Positions 11,952 through 22,200 of a stretch of 64,000 nt of DNA are shown here, piece after piece. Origin of the DNA: Candidatus Latescibacterota bacterium (lineage in GTDB: Bacteria; Latescibacterota; UBA2968; UBA8231); NCBI GenBank assembly GCA_963422735.1, contig OY730476.1, forward strand, positions 800,001 to 864,000, given 5' to 3'. The position numbers and the translations under genes were made by a program. Below the pieces are notes generated by a model that was not told the DNA's origin, searched no databases, and saw nothing but the letters and a program-made list of their open reading frames with translations. How positions within the stretch are numbered: the first letter of the stretch is position 1; each line of letters opens with the position of its first letter.

Positions 11952-12088
11952 CCGCTCTGCCTGCTTGTAACTCTACCCCTCTGAGTCTTCAAGTTCCTCT
12001 AGCACACGTAGTCGAGCAGTACCGCTTTCTTCTTGCCACGGGAGTCCACGACAAACTGAGATCTTTTAATCATATCAGCAACGCCCAT
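11944..12088 (-). pseudogene. Antitoxin partner of the RelE toxin, broken by deletions/frameshifts
   Basis: AGGAAAGGAG RBS; MGVADMIKRSQFVVDSRGKKKAVLLDY, then out-of-frame pieces LEELEDSE and VELQAGRADV*; overlaps the toxin start. Confidence 0.75.
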
Positions 12089-12140
12089 TTCGTTCTCCTT
12101 TCCTGCATATATCCCGCAAATCTCCGGTCCCAAACGACTC

Positions 12141-12506
12141 TCAAGCAATGTCGCGGACGAGCACCAAGATCGCCGCCTGCGGCACGACGATGAACTTCTC
12201 GGCGTCGAACTTGATTTCCACCGCGTCGTTGCGCAGGAAAATGGCGTGGTCTCCCTTCTTCGCCTGGAGGCCGATATAGCGCATCTGCTCGCCCCTCTCT
12301 TGGTCCCAAGGCACGCCGTCGTCATCGGTTTTCGGCGGCAAGGGAACGCCTGGCCCTACCTCTTCGACGCGCCCGCTTTGCACATTCTCCTTTTCCAAGG
12401 CGGTCGGCGGCAAGTAAAGCCCCACGGCCGTGCGCTCTTCCATGTCGTCAACCCGGATTAGCACGCGGTCGCCGACTACATACAGTTCCTTGTCGCCCCT
12501 AATCAT
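12141..12506 (-). CDS. groES: Co-chaperonin GroES (Cpn10) family protein, no groEL adjacent
   Basis: VVGDRVLIR, mobile loop EERTAVGLYLP, GRVEEVGPG, KKGDHAIF; CAGGAGGAG RBS. Confidence 0.8.
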   Translation of the reverse strand: MIRGDKELYVVGDRVLIRVDDMEERTAVGLYLPPTALEKENVQSGRVEEVGPGVPLPPKTDDDGVPWDQERGEQMRYIGLQAKKGDHAIFLRNDAVEIKFDAEKFIVVPQAAILVLVRDIA

Positions 12507-12520
12507 CTACTCCTCCTGCG

Positions 12521-13780
12521 TTAAGACGCTAGTCGCAAACACTCGCTGTAGCGCTCGAAGCGCTCTCCTTCCCCCTCTTCTGGATCGACGTATTTGAGCC
12601 AAAGGGCACTGTCCTTCTTGTCGCCGCTGAGTTTGCGGCGGCTGCCCAGATGGCTCGGATCGACGCCGTTCCACACCACTTGGCCATCCTGCATATAGAT
12701 GAATGCCCCTCGATAGCGGTCAATTAGCTTCCGCCGTTCTTCTTCGTAGATCAGCCCCTGCTCGCAGGTGGTGCGCCGCCAGTTGGCCACTGTAGCGTCT
12801 GAGTCCGTAGATACCGAGTCAAATTCGGCAAGCGGAGCCTCGACCTCACTCGCAAAGTCGATCTCGTTCAAATCCACCGTGCCAAAGCCGTGCTCGGCAG
12901 CTATCAGCAGATGATTGCGGTCGCGGCGGAAAGGCGGGATCGGCCAATCGGAGCGGGGATCGTGGCCCATCAAAGTCATGCCGCAGGCATCGGTCGCCAC
13001 CGGATGATCGCCAGCCATCAAGGCATTGCAAATCCGGCCCTCGCCGCCCCATTCGCGTCCCCATTGGCCGGTGAGGGCCTCGACGATGTTGAGGCAGGGC
13101 TTGGTAATCATGCCCAAGTCCGGCAGGACGTAAGAAAGCCGGATTAGATGGTGGTAATACGACCGCGTCCGCCCTTCCGGCGGGATCATCGGAGGCAGGC
13201 CAAAGAGATTTTTCAGGGTCAAGGTAATGCCCATGAAGGCGTGATTTTTCATCTTGGCGATGGATACCACCTCGTCGGCCTCGGCAAAGATGGCATTGAG
13301 CAGGTAGCGGTCGAACATGCAGCCGCCACCGGGTACGTCGTACGTGGCAAAGGGAGGCAAGTTTGAGTCCACATAGCGGACGCCAAAATCGTCCAATATA
13401 TAGCGGTAGTTGAAGTCTTCGGGCGTTACATGGCCGTTGCCGTAAGGATAGGTGTCGGTGGCGACTAGCTCGGCGGTAGTCCGCTCTCGCAGCAGGCGCA
13501 GCACCGCGCGGGCCACCGCATCATCTACTAACTCCCTCCGGCGACCAGCGAAGTACTCTATGCGCTCCGGCGGCTTGATCATATTGAATTTCAATACGAT
13601 CCGCCGCGCCTTTTCCAGCTTCTTCCAAGAGCGATCTAGCGGATCGGTAGTCCGTTTGAGGACCTCGTATATTTCTTCCTCGCTCGCCCGATGGTGGCAA
13701 TGCGAGGCTCTAACCGCGTATTGTCTATCGCCCATGGCGACCTTTCCTTTCCAGTTAAATGTTTGTGGTTTACTACTCAC
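12521..13780 (-). CDS. DUF362 domain-containing protein
   Basis: IVLKFN, VVSIAKMKNH...GITLTLKNLFG, NIVEAL.G...GEG, D.VATD motifs. Confidence 0.75.
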   Translation of the reverse strand: MSSKPQTFNWKGKVAMGDRQYAVRASHCHHRASEEEIYEVLKRTTDPLDRSWKKLEKARRIVLKFNMIKPPERIEYFAGRRRELVDDAVARAVLRLLRERTTAELVATDTYPYGNGHVTPEDFNYRYILDDFGVRYVDSNLPPFATYDVPGGGCMFDRYLLNAIFAEADEVVSIAKMKNHAFMGITLTLKNLFGLPPMIPPEGRTRSYYHHLIRLSYVLPDLGMITKPCLNIVEALTGQWGREWGGEGRICNALMAGDHPVATDACGMTLMGHDPRSDWPIPPFRRDRNHLLIAAEHGFGTVDLNEIDFASEVEAPLAEFDSVSTDSDATVANWRRTTCEQGLIYEEERRKLIDRYRGAFIYMQDGQVVWNGVDPSHLGSRRKLSGDKKDSALWLKYVDPEEGEGERFERYSECLRLAS

Positions 13781-15113
13781 CGAGGACGCCCACGGTCTGT
13801 TCGAGCCGCATCAGGGCAAGCGCCTTGTCGCGGCGAGCAACAGCACTTTGAGTGCGCGCCTCCACTAAGGCCAATTGCGCGTCCAGATTTTCCAATTGCG
13901 TACCGACTCCGCTCACATAGCGCAACTCGGCGACTTCCAGCCCCTTCTCGGCCTGCAATACCGCATCGCGGTGGGCCTCAATGCGCTCGCTGGCTTCCTC
14001 GACGGCATAATAGGCCTGCTGGATTTGCAGCCGCACTTCTCTCTCGATCCGTTGATGGTCGTACTCTATCCGCCGCAGGTCCTGCCGCGCCTGTGCTACT
14101 CGCGCCCCGGTGAGCCGCCCGTCGAAAAGTGGTATTTGCACTACTAGCCCGGTGTTCCAACTCTTGCGCCACTCCCGATCGGCTAGGTCGAACTCGTCGC
14201 TCTGGAACTGGGTTTGTCCAGTGGCTACTAGTTCCACCCTAGGCCGGGTGGACGCCTGATCAGCGGCGATCTTTCGCTCGTGCCATCCTATTTCTTGCTC
14301 GACGTGTGCCAGCTCTGGCCGCTCCGATAGCCCCAAGGTGACGAGAGCTTCCGGATCATCGAGATCAAGTGCCGTCTCGGTGCGAAACGTTCCCCGCACT
14401 TCTATGGCTCGGTCCAAGTCTAAACCAACGACATCCTTGAGGGCCATAGTCGCCAGCCGCAGGTTGTTTTCGGCGCGAATGGAATCGGCGCGCATGTTCG
14501 AGACCTGCACCTGAGCGCGCAACTGGTCGAGTTCGGCGGCCCGGCCGGCCTGCGCCCATGCCTCCACCTCGGACAGATTGCGTCTCGCCCACGCAAGTGC
14601 CAGATGCGACACGGTGCGCAACTCCTCTGCTAGGAGCAGGTCGTAAAATCGCTCCTCTACCTCGGCCATCACGAGCTGTGTTGTCTGCCTCTCGGTCTGG
14701 CCAAGCATGGCAAATTGGCGGCGAGCCATGTCCTCAAAAGCGCGAATGCGGCCTCCAGCATAGAGCGGCTGGCGCACACTCATGATGCCCGTGATGTTGT
14801 TTTCCGTGCCTATTTTGACGGCACTGCCGGCAAAAATAAAAGAAGGCAGCAGCCAGTTGCGGTTATAAGTGAAGGAGGCCTCGACCTGCGGCAGCCCCCC
14901 CGCCCGAGCCACGCGGAGTTCCTCGCGCCCACTCAGCAGGTCAATGCGGGCTTGCAATAGGCGTTCGTTGTTTTCTTGCACCAAAGCCAACCCAGTTTGC
15001 AAGTCGAGGATCAGCGGCCTAGCCTCTGCGTTGGCTGAACGGCTAGAGACCACGCACAAGACCACCAAGCAGAAAGTCTTGATCAACATAGCAAGCCGCG
15101 TTGCCGCAGCCAC
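13773..15113 (-). CDS. TolC family outer membrane efflux protein
   Basis: Signal peptide, two OEP repeats (QPLYAGG; QIPLFDG), C-terminal YVSGVGTQLENLDAQ; start may be 15089. Confidence 0.85.
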   Translation of the reverse strand: MAAATRLAMLIKTFCLVVLCVVSSRSANAEARPLILDLQTGLALVQENNERLLQARIDLLSGREELRVARAGGLPQVEASFTYNRNWLLPSFIFAGSAVKIGTENNITGIMSVRQPLYAGGRIRAFEDMARRQFAMLGQTERQTTQLVMAEVEERFYDLLLAEELRTVSHLALAWARRNLSEVEAWAQAGRAAELDQLRAQVQVSNMRADSIRAENNLRLATMALKDVVGLDLDRAIEVRGTFRTETALDLDDPEALVTLGLSERPELAHVEQEIGWHERKIAADQASTRPRVELVATGQTQFQSDEFDLADREWRKSWNTGLVVQIPLFDGRLTGARVAQARQDLRRIEYDHQRIEREVRLQIQQAYYAVEEASERIEAHRDAVLQAEKGLEVAELRYVSGVGTQLENLDAQLALVEARTQSAVARRDKALALMRLEQTVGVLGE

Positions 15114-15343
15114 GCCGCGACATCCTCGCCTCCCACATCGGCCAGCGCAACGCCGTCGATTTCAACGCCGGGCCAAGCGTACTGCCGGCTCTTGGCGACC
15201 ATTTCCGCAAAGGCCTTGCGGCCGCTGATAATATCCAATTCCTCGCATTGTAATCCGGCTCTATCGAGTACCGCCCGCACTCCTGGGAGCCAAAGGCAAT
15301 ACGGATTGAGATATGCTTTGATTACAGGGGTAGTCTCTTCCAC
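15083..15343 (-). CDS. Glutaredoxin-like protein
   Basis: GTG after GGAAAGGA RBS; AYLNPYCLW...EMVAKSRQYAWPGVEIDG..LADVGG thioredoxin-fold pattern with a single active-site Cys. Confidence 0.7.
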   Translation of the reverse strand: MEETTPVIKAYLNPYCLWLPGVRAVLDRAGLQCEELDIISGRKAFAEMVAKSRQYAWPGVEIDGVALADVGGEDVAAWLRQRGLLC

Positions 15344-15433
15344 TTTGTCCTTTCCGATGTATAGGGGACGCGATATATTGAGAAAAACATATCGCCCGCC
15401 TCTCATCCCTGTCAAGGAAGGCATCTCTAATTC

Positions 15434-16261
15434 ATGAAACCTCTGATCCTGTTCCACGGAGGCTGTAACGACGGCTTCTGTGCCGCGTGGATCTACCGCC
15501 GCTACGTCAACCCGCAAGCCGAATTTAGGGCGGTTCAATACAATACCGACCCACCGGCTACGGCCGGCCGCGACGTCGTCATCCTCGACTTCAGCTACGA
15601 GCGGGTACAGCTCATGGAGATGCACGGCCACGCCCGCTCGCTCTTGGTTTTGGACCATCACGAGACGGCCGCGCATGACTTAGCCGGGCTCGACTATTGC
15701 GTGTTCGCCGAGGACAAGTCTGGGGGGCGCATGACTTGGGAATACTTTTTCGACCCCCGCTCTCAGGCCAGTATCGACGACGTCCCCTGGCTGGTGGCCT
15801 ATACCGAAGACCGCGATCTGTGGCGGTGGGCCTTGGCCGATTCCAAGGCCGTCAACGCCGCCCTCGCCTCGTACCCGCGCGACTTTGCCGTGTGGGACGA
15901 AATCGCCGCGCGAGGGCCGCAAGCCCTCGCCGTGGAAGGCCAAGCCATTCTCCGCTTCCAACACCGGCTCATCCGGCCGCGCGTCCGCTATCACGGTTGG
16001 ACCACTATTAGCGGGTTTCGCGTTCCCATTACCAATGCCACGTTTCTGACCTCTGAAATCGGCAATGCCCTCGCCGAAGGGCATCCCTTTTCCGCGGTGT
16101 TTTTCGTCCGTCCCGACAGCAAGGTCGTGTACAATCTGCGCTCCAAGGGGGACGCGGCCGCGGATGTGGGCCGCATAGCGCGCGATCACGGCGGCGGTGG
16201 GCACAAACACGCGGCGGCTTTTACCTTGGAGACTATGTTGCCGATGGAAGATGCTGCATAG
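15434..16261 (+). CDS. DHH/DHHA1 family phosphoesterase
   Basis: HGGCNDG, ILDFS, LDHH, EDRDLW, NLRS, GGGGHKHAAAF. Confidence 0.88.
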   Translation: MKPLILFHGGCNDGFCAAWIYRRYVNPQAEFRAVQYNTDPPATAGRDVVILDFSYERVQLMEMHGHARSLLVLDHHETAAHDLAGLDYCVFAEDKSGGRMTWEYFFDPRSQASIDDVPWLVAYTEDRDLWRWALADSKAVNAALASYPRDFAVWDEIAARGPQALAVEGQAILRFQHRLIRPRVRYHGWTTISGFRVPITNATFLTSEIGNALAEGHPFSAVFFVRPDSKVVYNLRSKGDAAADVGRIARDHGGGGHKHAAAFTLETMLPMEDAA

Positions 16262-17062
16262 ATGACCCCCGAACAGCGTTATCTATTCGACATCAACGGC
16301 TATTTGCATCTTCCCAATGTGCTTAGCGATAGCGAACTAGCGGCTGCCCGAGCGGCTGTGGACCGCTATATGGCCACGCCCGATGACGAACTGCCCGAGG
16401 GCTTTTCCCGCTCCGACGACGGCAAGTCCTACGCCAACGGCTTTGCTTTCGATAAGGCGCTTGAATCCTTGATCTTCCACCCCACCCTGTGGCCCATCAT
16501 CAAAGAGTTCACCCACGACCGGCCTGCTTTTAGCCGGGGCACCCTGTTGGTAAATAGTCACCGGCACGAGCCGCTGCGCCTGCATTGTGCCCGCGAGGAC
16601 TTTGGCTGGCAAAGTACGCGCTACGACACCCGCGAAGGCCGGATCTTCTGCGACGATTTCGTCATCTTCCCCTATTTCGACGACGTCTTCCCGGGCGACG
16701 GCGGCTTGTTGGTGGTTCCAGGCTCGCACAAGGCGGCGTTTGCGCGTCCGCCTAGCCTGTTCAACGGCGGCGTCACCACCCATTTGGAGGATTTGCCCGT
16801 TGGGGTCGTCAATGTGACGCCGCGGGCCGGAGACGCCGTGGTAATGACGGAAATGCTAGCCCACGGGACCTTGCAATGGAAGCCTAAAGATCGCTTGCGC
16901 CGCACCTTAGTGTTGCGCTACCGGCCCCAATTCAAGGGCCAAGCCGCGGTCCCGGAAGTCCTCTATGACCGCTTGTCGCCTCAGACTAGAGAGCTGATGG
17001 CCTCAGCTCACTACACCCATGTCAAGGAGATGGTCAAGAAGGGTGTAGTGCGGCTCACTTAA
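16262..17062 (+). CDS. Phytanoyl-CoA dioxygenase (PhyH) family protein
   Basis: QRYLFDINGYL, LH motif, GGLLVVPGSHK, AGDAVVMTEMLAHGT. Confidence 0.85.
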   Translation: MTPEQRYLFDINGYLHLPNVLSDSELAAARAAVDRYMATPDDELPEGFSRSDDGKSYANGFAFDKALESLIFHPTLWPIIKEFTHDRPAFSRGTLLVNSHRHEPLRLHCAREDFGWQSTRYDTREGRIFCDDFVIFPYFDDVFPGDGGLLVVPGSHKAAFARPPSLFNGGVTTHLEDLPVGVVNVTPRAGDAVVMTEMLAHGTLQWKPKDRLRRTLVLRYRPQFKGQAAVPEVLYDRLSPQTRELMASAHYTHVKEMVKKGVVRLT

Positions 17063-17073
17063 ACAAAATCAAA

Positions 17074-17121
17074 CCAAAAAAACAGGCACCTGCGATGGGT
17101 CGCAAGCACCTGTTTTTTTGG
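17074..17121. terminator. Bidirectional intrinsic terminator between convergent phyH and tRNA-Lys
   Basis: ccaaaaaaacagg..tgcga-tggg-tcgca..cctgtttttttgg hairpin flanked by A and T tracts. Confidence 0.75.
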
Positions 17122-17194
17122 TGAGCCCACTGGGGATCGAACCCAGGACCTACGGATTAAAAGTCCGGTGCTCTACCAGCTGAGCTATAGGCTC
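17119..17194 (-). tRNA. trnK: tRNA-Lys (anticodon TTT)
   Basis: GAGCCTATAGCTCAGCTGGTAGAGCACCGGACTTTTAATCCGTAGGTCCTGGGTTCGATCCCCAGTGGGCTCACCA; 76 nt, D and T loops, encoded CCA. Confidence 0.96.
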
Positions 17195-17296
17195 TATCCG
17201 CGCTGTATCTAACTCAAAATAAGCGGTTTGCGTATCCATCGCAAGGCTTTGGTCAGTGGTTAGTGGCCAGTGGTCCGTCCCGTCCCGTCCACCCAA

Positions 17297-18815
17297 TTAG
17301 TAGGCCAAAGCGATTATTTTGGTTGTTTTCTGAGTCTGCGCGTCCCCTTGCACTTCAACCCGCAAAATGTAGTTTCCCGGCGCGGCCATCTGCCCGGATT
17401 CGTCTTGGCCATCCCAACTCAACTTTGTCGGCCCGGCTGTTTGCTGCTGATCGTCCAACACTCGGACTTTCCGTCCGCTCAGGTCGTAGAGTGACACGTG
17501 CAGCAAGCGGGGCTGGAGGACGTTCAACAGGGCGAATTCTATCTGCAGCAAATCGCCGATGCCATCTCCGTTGGGGGTCACGAGCGCAGCCGACAACGCG
17601 AGCCTGTCAATTAACCCAGAGCTGACGGGCAGCGACACGGCGATCGCTTCGCTGGCATCGCCCACATCCACCCGTTGCCTTATCTGTCGCTCTCCCTGGC
17701 CGCTGGCTAAGAACGCCTCGAAGGGCATCTGTTGGCGGTATATGGTGCTGGCAAAGTCGAGTTCGATCAACCCGGCTCGGACGAATGGATCGGCAAAGGC
17801 GATGTCCAAGCCGCCATCCACTAGGGTGACCTCTGCATCCAATTAGGACTTGCCAGCGCAGCGATCCGTCCGATCCCCAGAGGATATACCAAGGGAAGTG
17901 GATGGCGTTGCGCCGGATCCAGCGCCAGTCAACGCTGCTGGGCGCAATGCCGGCCAGATCGCCCAAAATTCGCACCCGATCCACCCAGTACAGGGCACCT
18001 AAGTCAAAAGTGAATTCGGTGTCGCCCGGTTGAGAAAAACCCCAGTAGCGCCAACTCGACACGATATCGCCATCGATCAGCGCGTTGCTATTGCCCGTTG
18101 ATTCGTAGCCCTCGGCCCGCGTGCCGATTTCGTTGAGGATATCGACTTGGCCGCCGCGTTCCCGCATCCCCAGCGAGATGTTGTCCCCCACGGCCTTCAC
18201 CTCAATCGAGCTGATCCCCGCCCCTTGGGTGGGCAAGTCCACTTCAATGCGGATGAATTGCAGCGGTTTAAGGCCGTATTCGATGACCACCTCCCGCTGC
18301 TGGTTGAAGCTGTAGCGAAAGCGGTCGCTATAGCGCATAATGCTCGGCAAGGGTAGTCCGGTCGAATCAAAAAAGTGCTCGCCATTGGACAGCAGAACCT
18401 GAAAAAACTCCAACGGCGGTCCATCTTCCCTGAGCTGCAAGATCACGCGCCGCGCAGAAACGACGCGACCCAGATCGAGCTCGACGTACATGCTATCGGG
18501 ATCATCGTCCCAATCGGGGCCCCAGAAGCGGCCCGAGCTCCCGTCGATCAGATTGCCAGCATCGCCGCCGTTGGAGCCTGCGGCGCGGATGCCGCCGCCG
18601 AAATTGCCAGCATTGGCGACCGCATCGATATTGCGCCGCACGAATCTGGGGCCGGCCTTCCCGCGGCGGATTTCGATTGCGTCGCCAGGCCGCTGCCACG
18701 CATCCCAATCCGCACTGGTCCCAATCCGCAGTTCTTCGCACGTCGCGGGCGAATATATCACTCCGCAGGGCAGCAAGGCCCAAAGGGCGAGCCCCAACTT
18801 GCGTTGAGTTTTCAT
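17297..18815 (-). pseudogene. Secreted protein with discoidin-like domains and a C-terminal FlgD-Ig-like domain; frameshifted near 17843
   Basis: N-part has a signal peptide and F5/8-like motifs (LIDG, VELDLG, FDLGALYWVDRV); C-part in another frame has TPNGDG, LYDLSGRKVR, WDGQDESG, PGNYILRV. Confidence 0.7.
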
Positions 18816-18867
18816 GGTGCGACTCCCGCGCCCGGGTGTAAGTTAGCACAAACGGCTACGCAGACAA

Positions 18868-18902
18868 AAACAAGTGCCTAGGATTTTCCCCAGCACTTGT
18901 TT
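18868..18902 (-). terminator. Hairpin, possible intrinsic terminator
   Basis: 10-bp inverted repeat aaacaagtgc/gcacttgttt ending in a T-run on the minus strand. Confidence 0.45.
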
Positions 18903-18980
18903 CGCGAGTGCCGGCCACGGCCAGCACAGCCCCGCGACGCCAGCAGGCGCTTTGTTAGGAACTCTAAGGGTTAGGCGAGC

Positions 18981-19017
18981 AAAAAAGCCCCAGCTTGCCG
19001 GTAGGAGACAAGCCGGG
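18981..19017 (-). terminator. Intrinsic terminator downstream of the defence module
   Basis: Minus strand cccggcttg-loop-caagctggg-gcttttttg. Confidence 0.6.
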
Positions 19018-19040
19018 AAACGCAGGGTTGTAGTCGATGT

Positions 19041-19176
19041 TTAGGGGATGGCGTACTTGAAAACAATTTGAATCAAGACCAGCACTACGGGCACTCCGAT
19101 GCTTATCGCCTTGATCGCCATCCGCACTTCGCCCTTGAGTTCGGCAACATCCTCCTTTGTCGCCAGATACTTATGA
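19041..19176 (-). pseudogene. 5'-truncated small coiled-coil/TM protein (CCDC90/DUF1640-like)
   Basis: HKYLATKEDVAELKGEVRMAIKAISIGVPVVLVLIQIVFKYAIP*; no in-frame start codon; begins at the repeat boundary. Confidence 0.5.
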
Positions 19177-19270
19177 TGAGAAAACGCTACCTGTTCCCTA
19201 TCCCACGCGATACTTCGTCACGGCCTCCATATCAAGCTCAAAGCCCAGCCCAAGGGCGACAAAGCCATCA
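19177..19270 (-). repeat. Displaced duplicate of the 3' end of the enolase-superfamily gene (partner copy at 30115-30220)
   Basis: 66/75 identity over 19177-19251 versus 30115-30189, then a 12-nt gap and shared aagccatca; encodes DGFVALGLGFELDMEAVTKYRVG*. Confidence 0.93.
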
Positions 19271-22200
19271 CGACGAGAGATCAACGGAGTACGGCCTATT
19301 CTTGCCCTCGCAAAAATACAGGGCCTTGAATCGGTCCATTTGTTTGATTTTGTCGATCAAGACTCGTTCCTGCTGCGAGCTCGACACATTCCGTACAAGC
19401 GACTTGGCCTCCGCTTCGGTCAACCGCAAAACGAGATAGTTGGCGATGGCCGAAAATACCGAGACGTCGAAGTCCTTCGCCTCTTGCGAGGCAAGCACTA
19501 GCGAAATACCGTATTTTCGGCACTCTTTCGCCATGGTGGGAATGAGCTTTAACCCTGCGGCTCGATGCGCCTCGTCGAAAATCAAAGCGTGCGTGATTCG
19601 ATCTTGGATCCCTCGGCGGAACATGTCTTTGTAGAGACCGTAAAACACCAACGACGCAAAGGCTCGCTGAAGGTTGTCATTCTGAGTCATGTGAATCCGA
19701 ATGACGGTCGGCTGCTCGCTCTCCCACAGACTACTGTGGGACTCACGGAGATCGAAGAACCCGTAATCTTCAAGTTCTTCCAAACGCGCAAGCAGCGTCC
19801 GCAACCCGCGGTCCGGTTTTGAATCGTCGCGCAGAATCTCGACGAAGCGACTGAACGTCGGTTCCGGCAAATCCGGGGCAGCCGCGTTGGCGTTTCCCCA
19901 CCCTACCTCAACGAAGCTTTCCTTGATGGCCCCCCGAATGCGCTCGGCCTGAATGTCGCCGAGTTCTGGGTAGATGGCTGCGAAGATATCCCGCACCGCG
20001 CCCGCCACATCGAGATGCGCCATCCAAGACTCTCGATCGACCACCTCCAGCGGGTTGAAGCCCAAACCATCAAAATCGATGAACCGAACCGAATCAGCCG
20101 ACTGCCCAAGTCGCTCGTCAATATCCTGATGATAGGAAAAGACGATCGGGCGAATACCGGCTGCCATCATCTGATTGCACAGGTTCAGCAGGCAGGTAGT
20201 CTTGCCCATACCGGGCAGCCCCGCTATCAGAAGGTGAGGGTTGCCCTGTACGGTCAGTGGCCATCGAACTTCTGTGTTGGTAAAGGGATCGGTGCCGAAA
20301 CAGATCGAGGGGGCAAACACAACGGCGTCTTTCGGCTCTCCCCCGCAGGCATCCGCATTCTCAACAGCCATATTGCCGACAGTTGTTACCGTGCTTTGTT
20401 GAACGCCTAGATCGCCGTTGTGTTGATCATGTTCCTGCTTCAACGGCTCGGGAATGTGCGCGGCCATTTCAACCCGCAAGCCCGAGTCCGGCAGCAGGCC
20501 GGGACCGCATAGGAATACCTTCGTGCTCCAATTGTCCGGAGAAATTTTCAACGGATCCGCCCCGGCATACTCAGGGCAAAACACCCAGCCGCGGTCGCCG
20601 CTTTTGTCCGTGTCCAGCCTGTAGTCGCCGCCCTTTTCGATCATGCGGTCAATCTCGGCCGCGAGTTTGGTATGCCGTGCGGCCGGTAAATGGTGCCTAC
20701 GCGCCTTATCTGCATAGAAGTGCAGTACCCGGGCCAGTTTGGCACGACGAACTGCTCTGAACGCAGAGCACTCTTCATGCGAATACCAGTCGTTCCAACG
20801 CTTGCTCACCTCAGCGGTCTGCTCCTGAATGCGGCGCAGGATGTCCGGGGACCTTGCAGCGCGTAGATCCCGACGGTATTTGACCTCGACGAAGCGGAAC
20901 ATCAGTCCCTTTCCCGGTGCCGTGGTCACGTACATCAGGTCCGGCCGCACCTCCTTCTCATCGCCGTCCTCGTCCGTCAACGGCGGCAAGAGATCCCGAA
21001 CATCATCGACGGGAACGATGAAACCGCGCTCCAGCGATACCCAGCATGAATCCGTCTCCTGTGCCTGCTGGCAATTTGCCTGCGCAACGGCGAGCGCGAT
21101 CAGTTCCGAAGTCGGCGGTTTGTCTCCAGTGAGGCGAATGGCGAGCCGGCCGCTGAGGGCCTTCAGATGCTCCAAGAGGAATTCCGCGTTGCGGCGGCTA
21201 CGGCTGAGCCCCATCTGATCCAAGGCATCATCAAGTAGGACGCGTACCTCCTCCAAATTGCTGGTAGAGGTAATTAACTGTAAGCAGCCCAAGTCCTCCC
21301 GCTCTGGAACGCAGTCAATCACGTAAGCATCGTAGATTGTCCGATTGTCCCGTGGGGAATCGAAGTACTCGATGCCGGCGTTCCGGTCCAGCGTAATGAC
21401 CCAATCGCAAAGCCGATGGAGCTCCCTGAGGCCACCCTCCTTTTCCCGCGACACCTCTGTGTACAGCACCGGCAGCTTTCCACTCACGGCACCGACATGT
21501 CGCGCCACAGCATCCTGTATGGCACCCTGCAAGTCCGCCAAGCGTTTAGTATGTGCGCGGTCCGCCGGGTGCCTTTCGCCAGCTTGCGCCAGCGGGACTG
21601 TGCTGCACCATAGCGGCGCGGGCCTAGCGGCGAAGTCGCGCACGTAGAACGAGAGCAGGCCAAACGCATGGAACATCCCGTCGCTCGGCCTCTCCCGCTC
21701 GGCCAGCCTTACCTGCGACTCGAAGGTGTCAAACGCGACCGCAACGTGGGCTGCGGTCTTAGGATCAAGCTCATTCTTGCGTGCCCAGCGCAACCTCGGC
21801 ATGTTCACGCCGCCGGGCAGACTCAGGGATTCGAGCATCCATTGATCGTCAGGTGATACCGCGCCGGCACCACTGCGCCGCCGTTCCCGCGCCTCGGCGA
21901 TGAACCGCCCGGCAATTCCGCGTTGCTCCTCAGAAGGGTACATTTCCAGCGAGAAAACGGGCGCACCCCGAGATTGCTCTTCGGAAACATCCTCGTCATC
22001 GGCCCGGCGCAGGCGGTCATGGACGCGGCCCAGCGACCGGGCGATGGTCAGGCCATCTCCCGCCCGAAGGGCGTGAACGCGGAGTAGGCGGGACGTGTTG
22101 TGGCAATCCAAGTACTTGACGACCTCGTCACCGACCACCTCTGCGCTCTGTCCCCCTACTGTCGGAGCGGCGTCCATGGACTCCCCTTCCCCCAGCGCAC

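Noticed and set aside
15344-15676. N-terminal extension of the 197-aa ORF 15083-15676
   Set aside because: Antisense to the DHH gene; a GTG with RBS at 15343 gives a glutaredoxin-sized protein
17119-17194. tRNA-Lys (or tRNA-Tyr at 56543-56628) as island attachment site
   Set aside because: No duplicated tRNA 3' end or integrase seen; island limits are explained by the enolase-gene repeats
18840-18980. GTTRRRY-like cores (gttaggc, gttagga) suggesting an integron attC site
   Set aside because: No matching RYYYAAC in the right orientation, no L boxes and no intI in the window
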